From an uncultured delta proteobacterium (lineage in GTDB: Bacteria > Myxococcota_A > Bradymonadia > Bradymonadales > Bradymonadaceae), in contig OY969087.1 of assembly GCA_963697525.1 (NCBI GenBank), positions 735,236 to 799,235 on the forward strand: 64,000 bases of DNA, given 5' to 3'. Below, in pieces: positions 1 to 9,288 of the stretch (positions within the stretch are counted from its first letter, which is position 1; every line of letters begins with the position of its first letter). The translations under genes were made by a program, and so were the position numbers. The notes under the pieces are model-generated. The model had not been told where the DNA came from, did not search any database, and saw only the letters and a program-made list of their open reading frames with translations.

Positions 1-370
1 GCTGGACGCCACCGTCTACGCCACCAGCGCCGGCACGCTGCCGCTTCTGCTGGTCGTGCCCTTTGGCTGGCACGCGCTCACCCACATGGGGATGACCGCC
101 TGGCTCGTCACGATCTACCTGGGCGTCGTGCCCATCGCTCTGGGCTACCTGCTCAACACCATGGCGCTCTCAGCGCTCGACGCCAACCGGGCGTCGCAGA
201 TGCTGCTTCTGGTGCCGATCATCGCCTCGCTTGTGGCGTGGGCGACGCTCGGCGAGCAGCCAGGCACGAAGCTGTTGATCGGCGGGCCGTTGATCTTGGT
301 AGGGGTGTTGTTGGGGAATTGGCGCAAGCGCGGCGCTCGCGCGAATCGTGCAATGCCTAAAGATGCGTGA
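1..370 (+). CDS. DMT/EamA-family transporter, C-terminal fragment (5' end lies outside the window)
   Basis: ORF 56..370 is hydrophobic TM-rich (LLLVPIIASLVAWATLGEQP, GGPLILVGVLLGNW), typical of an EamA C-terminal half. The reading frame is open to the window edge. Confidence 0.55.
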   Translation, partial: LDATVYATSAGTLPLLLVVPFGWHALTHMGMTAWLVTIYLGVVPIALGYLLNTMALSALDANRASQMLLLVPIIASLVAWATLGEQPGTKLLIGGPLILVGVLLGNWRKRGARANRAMPKDA

Positions 371-470
371 TGTGCCAACTCGTGGGCGTCCGAAGGTAGG
401 CGCTTCGCGCCAACCCTCGGCTACAAAGGCCGCGCAAAAAGCGCGCGGCGCGGCGCCAAACCACGGCGCC

Positions 471-720
471 TCGAACATCTTTCCAAGCCTCGAACATCTT
501 TCCAAGCGTAGCCGCAGGCGAAGCGCGCCAAGCGTTTTCCCGCTTGGCCTCTGTAGCGGAGGGTTGGCATGAGGCCTTGGCCGAATGCCACCTTCCGACA
601 CGTGGGCGAAGCGCGCCAAGCGTTTTCCCGCTTGGCCTCTGTAGCGGAGGGTTGGCATGAGGCCTTGGCCGAATGCCACCTTCCGACACGTGGGAGAGTC
701 GGCACCTTCCGACACGTGGG
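471..720. repeat. 19-bp tandem duplication (471–507) followed by an 88-bp tandem repeat x2.3 (519–720); each unit carries a GCCAAGCG-TTTTCC-CGCTTGGC hairpin
   Basis: Direct reading: the unit cgaagcgcgccaagcgttttcccgcttggcctctgtagcggagggttggcatgaggccttggccgaatgccaccttccgacacgtggg occurs at 519–606 and 607–694, with a partial third copy to 720. Confidence 0.85.
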
Positions 721-755
721 TTGAGTCGACACCCTACGCCATCAAATCCCGCCGC

Positions 756-2265
756 TCAAAACGACGCCACCCGCAACCGACGCCGATGGGCGTCGAAGGT
801 GCCATCGGCCTGCATCGCGGTCACGTACACGACGTGGTGGTCACCGGTCTCCAACACGCGCAGCACCTTTCCAAGGGACTTCACATGCTCCGCGGTCGCC
901 GTGGCCGCGTGCGGCACGACGTACACTCGCTGTGTGCATACTTGGTCGCACTCGCGGCTCGGATAGCACACGTCCGCGCATCGCTCCCGGTCGACCGGTC
1001 CGTTGGCGATGAGAGACACTCCGTCGGGCGTGTCCCATAGACGCGAGCCGTCAATAGTTCGCACCAAGTTGTGGGCACGGGCCTTTTCGAAGTCCCAGCG
1101 GGTCAGCTCACCAACGCCCACCTCGTTGGGATTGGCCACATAAAGCAGCGATTGCGCGTCCGCGGGAACGTACGGCGGGTTCGCGGTGGACACCTGGCAG
1201 GTCACATCACCGTGCTCGTTCCAGGTCGAGAGCCGACTGAAACGCAGCATCCTCCTGTCGCGCCGGGCCACGCGTTGTGTCTCCACCGCAAAGCCGTTGT
1301 GCGACGAGTCACTGAGCAACTTCGCAGATGACACGCCCGCGCTCCACGTCCACAAGCTGTAGCTCCCGTCCCAGCCACCCTCGGCCGGCTCGGATAGCCA
1401 GAAGAAGACGTCGGCCGGGAGCCTCCTGCACCCACTCTGCTTCCGTACCTAGCGTCAGGTCCTGACGGTCCGCCATGCGCCAAACGTGCAGCTCGCCCGG
1501 CTCGTGTGCGTCTTGCGACACCTCGAAGTACACGTAGCCGCCCTCGGCCATGAAGTGCTCCCCGAAGATGCGGCCGCCGCCTTCGTAGATGGTCTGGAGC
1601 TGACCGCTCTGGGCATCCCACAGGAGCAGGCGGTCGTAACCATCTTGGGGCTCTCCGACCGGAAACAGCAGGTGGCCTTCATCATCGCGGAAGTCATCTT
1701 CGAAACCGAAGTTCGAGGCAGGACCCGACGCCGAAGACCCGAGCCGGTGCTCCTCGCCGGTGCGCAGAATCCCACGCGTACCAATCGTGTTCGTCGTCCG
1801 CAAATTCACGCTGCGCACTGGTGGTGCGCCACCCGACGATCTTTCCGTATTTCGTGAAGTCCAAAGACCAAACGGCCCCGTCAGCGAGCACGCTGCCGTA
1901 GGTAGAGGACTCGGGCCACACGCGGATCTGCGAGGCGTGTCCCGGCGGGTTGATCATGTAGGCGAACCCGTCGGCGGCGACCCGTCGGCGGCGAGCTTTC
2001 TCCAGATGACGTCGACCTCACCGTCGGCGTCCGTGCCCAATTCGTGCGACTGACCCAAAGCGACGTCGTAGACGTACACGTCCATCGAATCGGCGTCGTC
2101 GGTGGCGGCCCCGTAGACGAAGTAGTCCTCATCGGGCGACATGCCATAAAACGCGAAACCCCGCCCCGTGGCCACGGAGGGCGCCTCATCGGAGCTACAG
2201 GCCGCGAGCGATGCCAACAACAGCGCCGCGACAAATCCGTACATCACTCTGGTTCGCCGCGACAC
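756..2265 (-). pseudogene. Secreted lipoprotein (beta-propeller-like) with its reading frame broken into at least 4 pieces; pseudogene or assembly error
   Basis: ORFs 1954..2265 (lipobox LLASLAAC), 1694..1957, 1309..1818 and 756..1355 read as consecutive parts of one protein in different frames. A 14-bp direct duplication (cccgtcggcggcga, about 1967–1994) lies at one junction. Confidence 0.4.
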
Positions 2266-2512
2266 TGCAGCCCCTCTGGTTTGGCGTAGCTTTTGGTTTG
2301 GCGTAGAACCCCTCCGCCTCGCGCAGGACTACGCGCGAGGCACCTCCCCTTGAAAGGGGAGACTCAGTAGCCCCGACAACCACTTGTGGTGGATGTGGCT
2401 AATGAAACTCCCCCGCCGAGGGGGTGGTGGAGTTGGCCTAGAGTACAACCGGGAGCCGAGGCTCCGTGTTATGCGGCCAAGGGCAAGATGCCCTTGCTCC
2501 GAAAAAAATGCC

Positions 2513-3346
2513 TCAAATCCCACCAATCTCATCAAACTTGATCTGACAGCCCGGCGCCACCTTGAAGGGATCGTCGCCCTCGCAATGGGTCATGATCTCC
2601 GCCCCCTCGTCGCCCACCACCAGGGTGTGCTCGAACTGCGCCGACAGGCTTCGGTCGCGGGTGATGGCGGTCCAATCGTCGTCGAGGACTTTGACCGGGT
2701 AGTCGCCCAGGTTGATCATCGGCTCGATGGTAAAGGCCATGCCCCGGCGGATGCGCATGCCGGTGTTGTGCTTGCCGAAGTGAGGCACCTCGGGAGCGCC
2801 GTGAAACGTGCGCCCGACGCCGTGGCCGATGAAGTCGCGCACCACCGAGAAGCCCTGGGCCTCGGCGTGCTCCTGGATGGCGGCGCCGATGTCGCCGATG
2901 CGCGCGCCGGGGCGCACCTCTTGGATGCCGCGCATCAGACATTGGGCGGTCACCTCCACGAGCTTGCGGGCCTCCTCGGAGACCTCGCCGACGAAGAACG
3001 TCGCGCAGGTATCCCCGTGGAAGCCGCCCACGATGGGGGTGACGTCGACCGAGATGATGTCGCCGTCGGCCAGGATTTGCTCCTCGTTGGGGATGCCGTG
3101 GCAAACGACCTCGTTGATGCTGGTGCAGATGCTTCGCGGAAATCCTTTGTAGCCCAGCGGAGCGTGGGTGGCGCCGCGCTCTTTGGCCCAGGCGTCGGCC
3201 TCGTCGTTGAGGTCCTGGGTGGAGATGCCCGGCTCGACCATCTTCCCGAGATGGCACAACAGCTCGGCGGCGACGCGCCCGGCGTCGCGCATCTTCTGGA
3301 TTTCGTCCTCGGAGAGGATCGTCAGTCGGCGGCGGCGTTTTCTCAT
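2513..3346 (-). CDS. map: Methionine aminopeptidase, type I
   Basis: MetAP-I motifs are present: ICHGIP, DIISVDV, GGFHGD, FIGHGVG, MAFTIEPM. The start is taken at the internal MRKRRRRLTIL of ORF 2513..3433. Confidence 0.9.
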   Translation of the reverse strand: MRKRRRRLTILSEDEIQKMRDAGRVAAELLCHLGKMVEPGISTQDLNDEADAWAKERGATHAPLGYKGFPRSICTSINEVVCHGIPNEEQILADGDIISVDVTPIVGGFHGDTCATFFVGEVSEEARKLVEVTAQCLMRGIQEVRPGARIGDIGAAIQEHAEAQGFSVVRDFIGHGVGRTFHGAPEVPHFGKHNTGMRIRRGMAFTIEPMINLGDYPVKVLDDDWTAITRDRSLSAQFEHTLVVGDEGAEIMTHCEGDDPFKVAPGCQIKFDEIGGI

Positions 3347-3429
3347 GGTGGGGCAGGGGTCTGGGGGTCCAGGGGTCGAGGAATCCGGGGTCCCACGGAC
3401 CCCGAAGTTGGATATAACACCGCTGTCGC

Positions 3430-4440
3430 TCAATACAAGCCCTGAAGCTCGGGCTTGAGCTCCCGGCTCATCAAATCGGAGACCGCCTCGCGGGTGGATT
3501 TATCCTCGTAGAGCACCTTGTAGACCTGCTCGCAGATGGGCATCTCCACGCCCAGCTCGCCGGCCAGGCTGTGCACGCTCTTGGAGGTCTTGACGCCCTC
3601 GGCGACCATATTCATCTCGCCCAAGATCTCCTCGAGCGAGTAGCCCTGGCCGAGCTTGAAGCCCACCGAGCGGTTGCGGCTCAAGCCCCCGGTGCAGGTG
3701 AGCACCAGGTCGCCCATGCCCGCCAGGCCCGACAGCGTCAGCGGGTTGGCGCCGATGCTCACCGCCAGCCGGCTCATCTCGTGCAGCCCGCGGGTGATCA
3801 TGCCGGCCATCGAATTCAGCCCTAACTCCATGCCGGCCACGGCGCCGGCGGCGATGGCAATGACGTTTTTGACGGCCCCGCCGATCTCCACCCCGATGAC
3901 GTCGGTGCTGGTATAGGCGCGAAACACATCGTTGCTGAACACCCGCTGGACGCGCTGGGCGAGCTTGTGATTGTAAGAGGCCACGGTCACCGCCGTGGGC
4001 TTCTTGGCAGCGACTTCTTTGGCAAAACTCGGCCCCGACAAGTACACCAAATACGGATGGCAGTACTCGGGCAAGACATCCTCGAGGATGTCGCTGACCA
4101 GCATCTGGGTTTCGTTTTCGATGCCCTTGGTGGCGCTGACAATGGCGGTCGCCGGCGGGATGATGTCGGCGACCCGGCTGATCACCGAGCGCAGCACGTG
4201 GCTGGGCACCACCGACACGATCATATCACTGTCGCTGACCACCGACTCCAGATCGCAGGTCGCCACCAGGTTGTCGGGCAACTCGAAGCCCGGCAAATAC
4301 TCGGTATTCTCGTGCTTCTTGTTGATGATCGCCGGCAACGGCTTTTCATGCACCCACACCAGCACGTCGTGGCCGTTTTCGGCCAGTAGTTTCGCCAGGG
4401 CCGTGCCCCACGATCCGCCTCCGATGACGCCGATATTCAT
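3430..4440 (-). CDS. gpsA: NAD(P)H-dependent glycerol-3-phosphate dehydrogenase
   Basis: N-terminal Rossmann motif IGVIGGGSWGTALA, GpsA core motifs GVEIGGAVKNVIAIAAG and MVAEGVKT, and length 336 aa. Confidence 0.9.
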   Translation of the reverse strand: MNIGVIGGGSWGTALAKLLAENGHDVLVWVHEKPLPAIINKKHENTEYLPGFELPDNLVATCDLESVVSDSDMIVSVVPSHVLRSVISRVADIIPPATAIVSATKGIENETQMLVSDILEDVLPEYCHPYLVYLSGPSFAKEVAAKKPTAVTVASYNHKLAQRVQRVFSNDVFRAYTSTDVIGVEIGGAVKNVIAIAAGAVAGMELGLNSMAGMITRGLHEMSRLAVSIGANPLTLSGLAGMGDLVLTCTGGLSRNRSVGFKLGQGYSLEEILGEMNMVAEGVKTSKSVHSLAGELGVEMPICEQVYKVLYEDKSTREAVSDLMSRELKPELQGLY

Positions 4441-4640
4441 GTAAACCTCAGTGATCGAGTTATTGAGTGATCGAGTGATCGAGTAAACTACAACTGCATA
4501 GCTACAACTGCGTCCGCCCGCCCTGACCGTGACCGTGACCGTGATCGCGTGATCGTGATCGTGATCGTGATCGTGACCGGCCGTTCCCCGCGCCTCAGCG
4601 CAAGAACTCGATCACTCCCTCACTCGATCACTCCCCTCAC
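4441..4640. repeat. Microsatellite (GTGACC/GTGATC)n flanked by inverted GTGATCGAG / CTCGATCAC repeats, intergenic
   Basis: Direct reading: gtgatcgagt x3 at 4449–4485, (gtgaccgtgatc)n at 4526–4580, ctcgatcact x2 at 4603–4640. Confidence 0.75.
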
Positions 4641-5146
4641 CGGCTGCGCCGCCGGAGCATGCGCAACGTCTCCGCGGGATGTCCAAACACCTCGTGCAGC
4701 CGGCGGTTGGCGTCGCGCATCTCCTGGACGAGGTCGTCGGCGATGGCGTCGACCAACACGAACGCCGCCGGGCGGCGCGCCTCGAAGAGGTCGGCAAATG
4801 CCTCGCGGGTCAGGCGCAGCACCTGGCTTCGCTCCAGCGGGGTGCCCGCGCTGCCGTGCGGCCACGGGTAGACCAGGGACGACAGCGTCATCAGCGAGCC
4901 CGGCTCGGTGATCTGGTCGCGGCGTTGGCCGTCGGGCTGGACGCGGTAGCTGATCTCGACGCGCCCGGCCAACAGAATATAGGCCGCGTCTTTGACATCA
5001 CCAGGCGCCCATAACGCCTGGCCGGGCATGACCGTCAGGTGTTCGCCGGCGTCGACGAGCTCGGCGAGGTCGGCGCGCTCCAGCCCGGACAAGAGCCCCT
5101 GCTCGGCGAGGATGTCGACATCTTGGGTTGCGTCTGCCATGGACAA
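4637..5146 (-). CDS. Cyclic-nucleotide-binding (cNMP/CAP-family) domain protein
   Basis: cNMP-binding beta-roll signature: GQALWAPGDVKDAAYILLAGRVEI ... GSLMTLSSLV. 169 aa. Confidence 0.65.
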   Translation of the reverse strand: MSMADATQDVDILAEQGLLSGLERADLAELVDAGEHLTVMPGQALWAPGDVKDAAYILLAGRVEISYRVQPDGQRRDQITEPGSLMTLSSLVYPWPHGSAGTPLERSQVLRLTREAFADLFEARRPAAFVLVDAIADDLVQEMRDANRRLHEVFGHPAETLRMLRRRSR

Positions 5147-5166
5147 TCCTAAAGCGGGGGAGCCGG

Positions 5167-5829
5167 CTAGGCCTTTTTGAAGCGGCCGAGCATCTCGTGG
5201 ACCTGGGATTCGAAATTGTCGAGGTATTGCGCGGGGTCCTCGAAGACCTCCTCGACGCGCGCGTCGGTCTGGCGGCGGCGCTCGCCGAGGATGCGCGCCA
5301 GGCGCAAGATGATCTTGTAGGCCGCCGGCCGGTGCGCGGCGCGCAGCTCGTCGAAGGAGTCGCGGCCCAGCTTAAAGATGGACGCGTCGCTGATCACCTC
5401 GACGGTGGCCGAGCGCGGCGCCCCGGCGATAAGCGACATCTCGCCGACGACCGTGCCCGAGCCCAGCATCGCCAGGATGACGTCCTCGCCGGCGGGCGTG
5501 GTCGCGCGCACCTGCAGCTCGCCGGATTCCACGATATACAGCGCGTCGGCCTCGTCGCCCTGGCGAAATAGCTCCTCGCCGGCGGGCACCGTCAACGGCT
5601 GACAGGCGCCCACCACCTCGCGCACCTCCTCGGGGGCGAGCTTCTCGAAGAGCTCGATGGAGTGGAACACCGACTCGGCATCGCCGGTGACCTCGGCGGC
5701 GGAGGTCGACCCGCCCAGGCCGCCCTCGCCGTCGGGGATGCTCGGGCGCATCGTGACCGTCTCGCTCAGAATCGGCCGCCCCTTCCTCCATCGACTCGTC
5801 GATCGACTCGTCGGGCGAGCCGCTGCCAT
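5167..5829 (-). CDS. Cyclic-nucleotide-binding domain protein (alternative start at 5751)
   Basis: GEELFRQGDEADALYIVESGELQV ... GEMSLIAG matches a cNMP-binding domain. The N-terminus is R/S-rich; an internal ATG at 5751 gives a 194-aa alternative. Confidence 0.6.
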   Translation of the reverse strand: MAAARPTSRSTSRWRKGRPILSETVTMRPSIPDGEGGLGGSTSAAEVTGDAESVFHSIELFEKLAPEEVREVVGACQPLTVPAGEELFRQGDEADALYIVESGELQVRATTPAGEDVILAMLGSGTVVGEMSLIAGAPRSATVEVISDASIFKLGRDSFDELRAAHRPAAYKIILRLARILGERRRQTDARVEEVFEDPAQYLDNFESQVHEMLGRFKKA

Positions 5830-5919
5830 CGTGATTACTCATTCGCCTTGTCCGGGTTCGCGTGGTTGACAAGTCGAGTGTACAGTCGGCGGGTTGCACG
5901 TGCAACGCTGACACGGGAG

Positions 5920-7269
5920 TCAAAAATCGTCGATCTTGTCGACCAACTCCGGCCGGTCGATGAATGGATTGCGCGAGTGCTGGAAGTTGTAGACCGCCTG
6001 GTTGCGCACCCGCTCGGGCCCGTCGACCGGGTCCTGGGTATTCCACTGGCGCAGCACCTGCTCCTCGAAGTCGGGGATATGCTTGTTGTACATCACCGCG
6101 AAGTAGAACAGCGCGCGGGCGACGTTGCCCTTGTGGACGTCGCGCGGCTCGAAGCGCACCGCGCCGGTGGCGTCCTCGCCGAGCTGCGAGCCCCCCTGCG
6201 ACCAGGACACATTGCCGGTGACGATGCCGAAGTAGTTATTCGAGCGGCGCTGGTTGGCCTCGGCGGTCGCCGGGAACAGGTGGTGCAGGTCGGACTTGGC
6301 CGGCTCGACCTGGGCGCCCTGGCTCTGCGGCCAGGTATGCTCGGCGTTGAACCCCTGCTGGTAGGCGTCGTCGGCGTTGCTGGTGGTGATGGTCACCCCG
6401 GTGTACACGCCGGTGACCTTGCCGCCGTGGTTGTCCACGGTGCTGAACATATAGTCGCGCGCCTGGCTGTACGAGTAGGTGATGTGGCCCTGGTGGTCGG
6501 CGCGAAGGGCGTCTTCCAGCGCGCCGTTGGTCAGCCCGGCGTAGGGGTCGTTGCCGGCCTGGGGGTCGCAGGCGTCGCCCAGCCCGTCGCCGTCACTGTC
6601 GAGCTGGTCGGGGTTGGGCTCGCTGACGCAGTTGTCCAGCGAGTCGTTGACCCCGTCGTTATCGGCGTCGCTGGCGTCGGCGCACGGCCCGCTCTTGCAC
6701 TCCAGGGTGAACTGGAAGTGGCCGTCGACATCCGAGAAATTCTGCAACGCCAGCTTGAAGTGGCCGCCGTTGTAAAACTCCCAGCCCGCGTCGAGCTGGC
6801 TCTCGTTGTAGGGGATATGAGCGTCGGTATCTCCCTGCGGGTTGCCCCACACCAGGGCGTCGGTCTGGCTGTCCGAAAAGATCGACACCGACGGGTTCCA
6901 CGACGGATCACCCACGATGCGCAGCCAGATGGTCACCCGGTCGTTCTGGTTGGCCAACAGGTTGAGGTCGATCTCACCCTGGGCGGGGATGATCCCCTCG
7001 AACTCGGCGCCGGCGGTAGTGATCTCGTCGGGGAGGTTTTGGGACCCGACGTCCGACGCCGCGTCCGCCCCCGCATCGGCGCCCGACGACACGGTGTCAG
7101 ACACCGTGTCGGCCCCGGCATCAGCGGTGATCCTCGCATCCGTCCCCCCGCTGTCGTTCTGGGTGACGCCGCCCCCACCGGTGTCGGTCTTGCCGTTGGT
7201 GGCGTCTGCAGAACAGGCGGCGAGGACGAGAGAAGTGGCGAGGGCGACGAGGTACGAACGATGCGTCAT
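5920..7269 (-). CDS. Secreted lipoprotein: thrombospondin-type-3 (DxDxDGxxD) calcium-binding repeats fused to an Endonuclease-I (EndA/NucM-family) extracellular nuclease domain
   Basis: Lipobox LVLAACS. TSP3 repeats DADNDGVNDSLDNC and DSDGDGLGDACD. C-terminal AEHTWPQS ... DLHHLFP ... NQRRSNNYFG resemble Endonuclease_1 motifs. Confidence 0.6.
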   Translation of the reverse strand: MTHRSYLVALATSLVLAACSADATNGKTDTGGGGVTQNDSGGTDARITADAGADTVSDTVSSGADAGADAASDVGSQNLPDEITTAGAEFEGIIPAQGEIDLNLLANQNDRVTIWLRIVGDPSWNPSVSIFSDSQTDALVWGNPQGDTDAHIPYNESQLDAGWEFYNGGHFKLALQNFSDVDGHFQFTLECKSGPCADASDADNDGVNDSLDNCVSEPNPDQLDSDGDGLGDACDPQAGNDPYAGLTNGALEDALRADHQGHITYSYSQARDYMFSTVDNHGGKVTGVYTGVTITTSNADDAYQQGFNAEHTWPQSQGAQVEPAKSDLHHLFPATAEANQRRSNNYFGIVTGNVSWSQGGSQLGEDATGAVRFEPRDVHKGNVARALFYFAVMYNKHIPDFEEQVLRQWNTQDPVDGPERVRNQAVYNFQHSRNPFIDRPELVDKIDDF

Positions 7270-7522
7270 GGGGCGGCTTGGCTAAAATTGTCGGCGTTTG
7301 TCGTGGAAAGACTTCGTAGCCGCACACAATAATGCAATCCGATGGAAAATGCGAATTGCATTGTGCGCTTACGCCGCCCCGAACCCGCGCGCGAGTCCCA
7401 CGTCGTCGCGCTCGCCTCCATCGCGGGGGAGAATATCAGCGCCGGCGTCGACCGCCGCCGACGTTCGCAATCTGGGAAAACGCGCCAGGTCTCGACTTGC
7501 GAACCGTTAGAGCCGCCTACTC

Positions 7523-8182
7523 CTAATCTCTGTTCGGAGCGCCTAACGGAAAAAAGTGTCGGTACGGGCGTGCCTCGTCGACGACTCGCGCCACCGAAGC
7601 GCGGGACAACAGTCGAGCTCTGTAGGTGGCGAGAGCGTCGTGGCGATCCGAGATCGGATGAACCCAGTCTGCGTAGAAGAGTGCCGGCGCAGCGGCACAA
7701 TCTGCGATCGTGAAGCGACCGCAAGCCGCCCAATCCTTCCCCTCCAAGCGAGGCTCCAGCCAATCGTAGCAGCGCTCCAGCGCTGCACGAGCCTCTGAGA
7801 CGCCACGCTCGTCGCTCTCCGCCTTGTCACGTAGCGCGTCGCCGACAATGCGCTGCATCGGTGCATGGACATAATCGTCGAACACATCGGCCATCATGCG
7901 AGCCTCCAACGCTTCGCGAGGATCGCTCGGAACCATTGACAATTCATTTCCATGAAACAGGTCGAGGTATTCAATCACCACGCTGCTTTGCGTTAGTTGG
8001 TTGTCTCCGTCAACCAGTGCCGGAAATTGTCCCGTGGGAGAGAGTTCGGCAATCCGCGCCTGATTCTCCGGGTGTTCGGCATCGACCATTTTGAACTCGA
8101 AGCTCACCTCGCGCTCATACAGCGCAATCAACGGTTTCCATACGAACGAGGCAAAGGGGTGCCCATAAAGTGCAAGCGTCAT
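7523..8182 (-). CDS. Glutathione S-transferase
   Basis: GST N-terminal thioredoxin-like fold (LYGHPFASFVWKPLIAL ... FPALVDGD ... ESSVVIEYL) and C-terminal helical domain. 219 aa. Confidence 0.85.
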   Translation of the reverse strand: MTLALYGHPFASFVWKPLIALYEREVSFEFKMVDAEHPENQARIAELSPTGQFPALVDGDNQLTQSSVVIEYLDLFHGNELSMVPSDPREALEARMMADVFDDYVHAPMQRIVGDALRDKAESDERGVSEARAALERCYDWLEPRLEGKDWAACGRFTIADCAAAPALFYADWVHPISDRHDALATYRARLLSRASVARVVDEARPYRHFFPLGAPNRD

Positions 8183-8348
8183 CGTGCTTCTCCTCTAAAA
8201 TGCCAGGTTGGGTTGCATCAAACACTTAAGCATCCACTTAAGCTTATACGGCGAGCCCACCACAATCAAGCAGACACTTAAGTATTTTCACGCGATAATT
8301 TCGCACCCCACCCCCACAGCTAAACGGCCTCCCCTTATGTTTCCAACG

Positions 8349-8828
8349 TCATTGTCTCTCGTTTCCGACTTGGAGCACTGCTTCGATCATGTCGAAATGG
8401 AAGTTGGTACCGTGGCGGCGGTCCGCAGTACCGTCGCTTCCATTCAGAAATACGATCTGTTCAGTGTAGGAAACGCGGGTTCCGTCCACTATGGGCTCGA
8501 GCTGCAGGCTCGACAGGGTGACGGAATGGAAACGCCCCGAGTGAAAGAGGTCGTAGGCGTAAACGAGGCGCTCGGCAGGCTCGATCACATGGAAGCGAGC
8601 CTGGAAAAGTGTCACTAGACCACTTTCATTGAAGCGCCCCTCGAGCACCTCCGCGCCTCCCACCCGAAAATCCATCGACCGTCGAAGCAGGGTCCATCGC
8701 TCCTCCGGTCCGGTAAACCACTGCGCCTTGAGGTCCGGATCGGACCACGCGCGAAACACACGCTCGGGGGGAGCGGCCCATTCGCGCTCCAAATTGAACG
8801 TGCCGTGGCACAGAGGCATATCCGTCAT
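8349..8828 (-). CDS. SRPBCC / AHSA1-family (activator of Hsp90 ATPase homolog-like) protein
   Basis: 159 aa START-like protein lying 4 bp downstream-overlapping an ArsR gene, which is the classic ArsR–AHSA1 pairing; conserved W/F-rich core. Confidence 0.7.
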   Translation of the reverse strand: MTDMPLCHGTFNLEREWAAPPERVFRAWSDPDLKAQWFTGPEERWTLLRRSMDFRVGGAEVLEGRFNESGLVTLFQARFHVIEPAERLVYAYDLFHSGRFHSVTLSSLQLEPIVDGTRVSYTEQIVFLNGSDGTADRRHGTNFHFDMIEAVLQVGNERQ

Positions 8829-9208
8829 GATTCATCTCCTGGAACCGTCGGGGTCGAGGGCCCCGGGGGATCGTTGATATCGTCGCCTTCGAGCAACGCG
8901 CCCAGGCGATCAAACCGGCTTTCCCAGAGCTGGCGGCGCTCGTTCAGCCACTGCTCGACGCGCTTGACCGCGTCCCGAGAGAGCCGGCATTCGCGAGTGC
9001 GCCCGCGTTTCTCCGTAATAACGAGTCCGCCCTCCACGAGCACCTGGATGTGCTGGTGGATCGCGGCAAGCGACATGTCGAATGGCTCGGCCAGCTCGCT
9101 AACCGAGGCCGGACTTCGCGAAAGTTGATCGACAATCCCCCGACGCGTTGCGTTCGCTAACGCGTGAAATGCCAGGTCGAGTTGCTCTGATTCTTCCAGC
9201 ACGGGCAT
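8825..9208 (-). CDS. ArsR/SmtB-family transcriptional regulator
   Basis: Helix-turn-helix LANATRRGIVDQLSRSPASVSELAEPFDMSLAAIHQHIQVLVEGGLV. The start is taken at the internal MPVLEES. Confidence 0.75.
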   Translation of the reverse strand: MPVLEESEQLDLAFHALANATRRGIVDQLSRSPASVSELAEPFDMSLAAIHQHIQVLVEGGLVITEKRGRTRECRLSRDAVKRVEQWLNERRQLWESRFDRLGALLEGDDINDPPGPSTPTVPGDES

Positions 9209-9288
9209 AATTTCACAAAGTTGAGCTCGAAAGTAAAGCAATCACTTAAGTGAATTCATCGTAAGTTTTCGATATCAGCCGCAACGTC

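Noticed and set aside
2384-3445. Long ORFs on the strand opposite to clear genes (e.g. 2384..3445 +, 5662..7332 +, 9598..10875 +, 14802..16406 -, 18675..20090 -, 21945..23264 -, 27399..29090 -, 34984..37188 -, 51548..53800 +, 56675..57538 -)
   Set aside because: Their products are Arg/Ala/Gly/Pro-rich low-complexity sequences typical of antisense 'shadow' ORFs in roughly 68% GC DNA. Each overlaps a gene with strong family motifs on the other strand.
7088-7112. GGTGTCAGACACCG palindrome inside the nuclease gene
   Set aside because: Here it simply encodes the repeated TVSDTVS peptide of a low-complexity region. It has no flanking C4/G4 tract, so it is probably coincidental rather than a REP copy.
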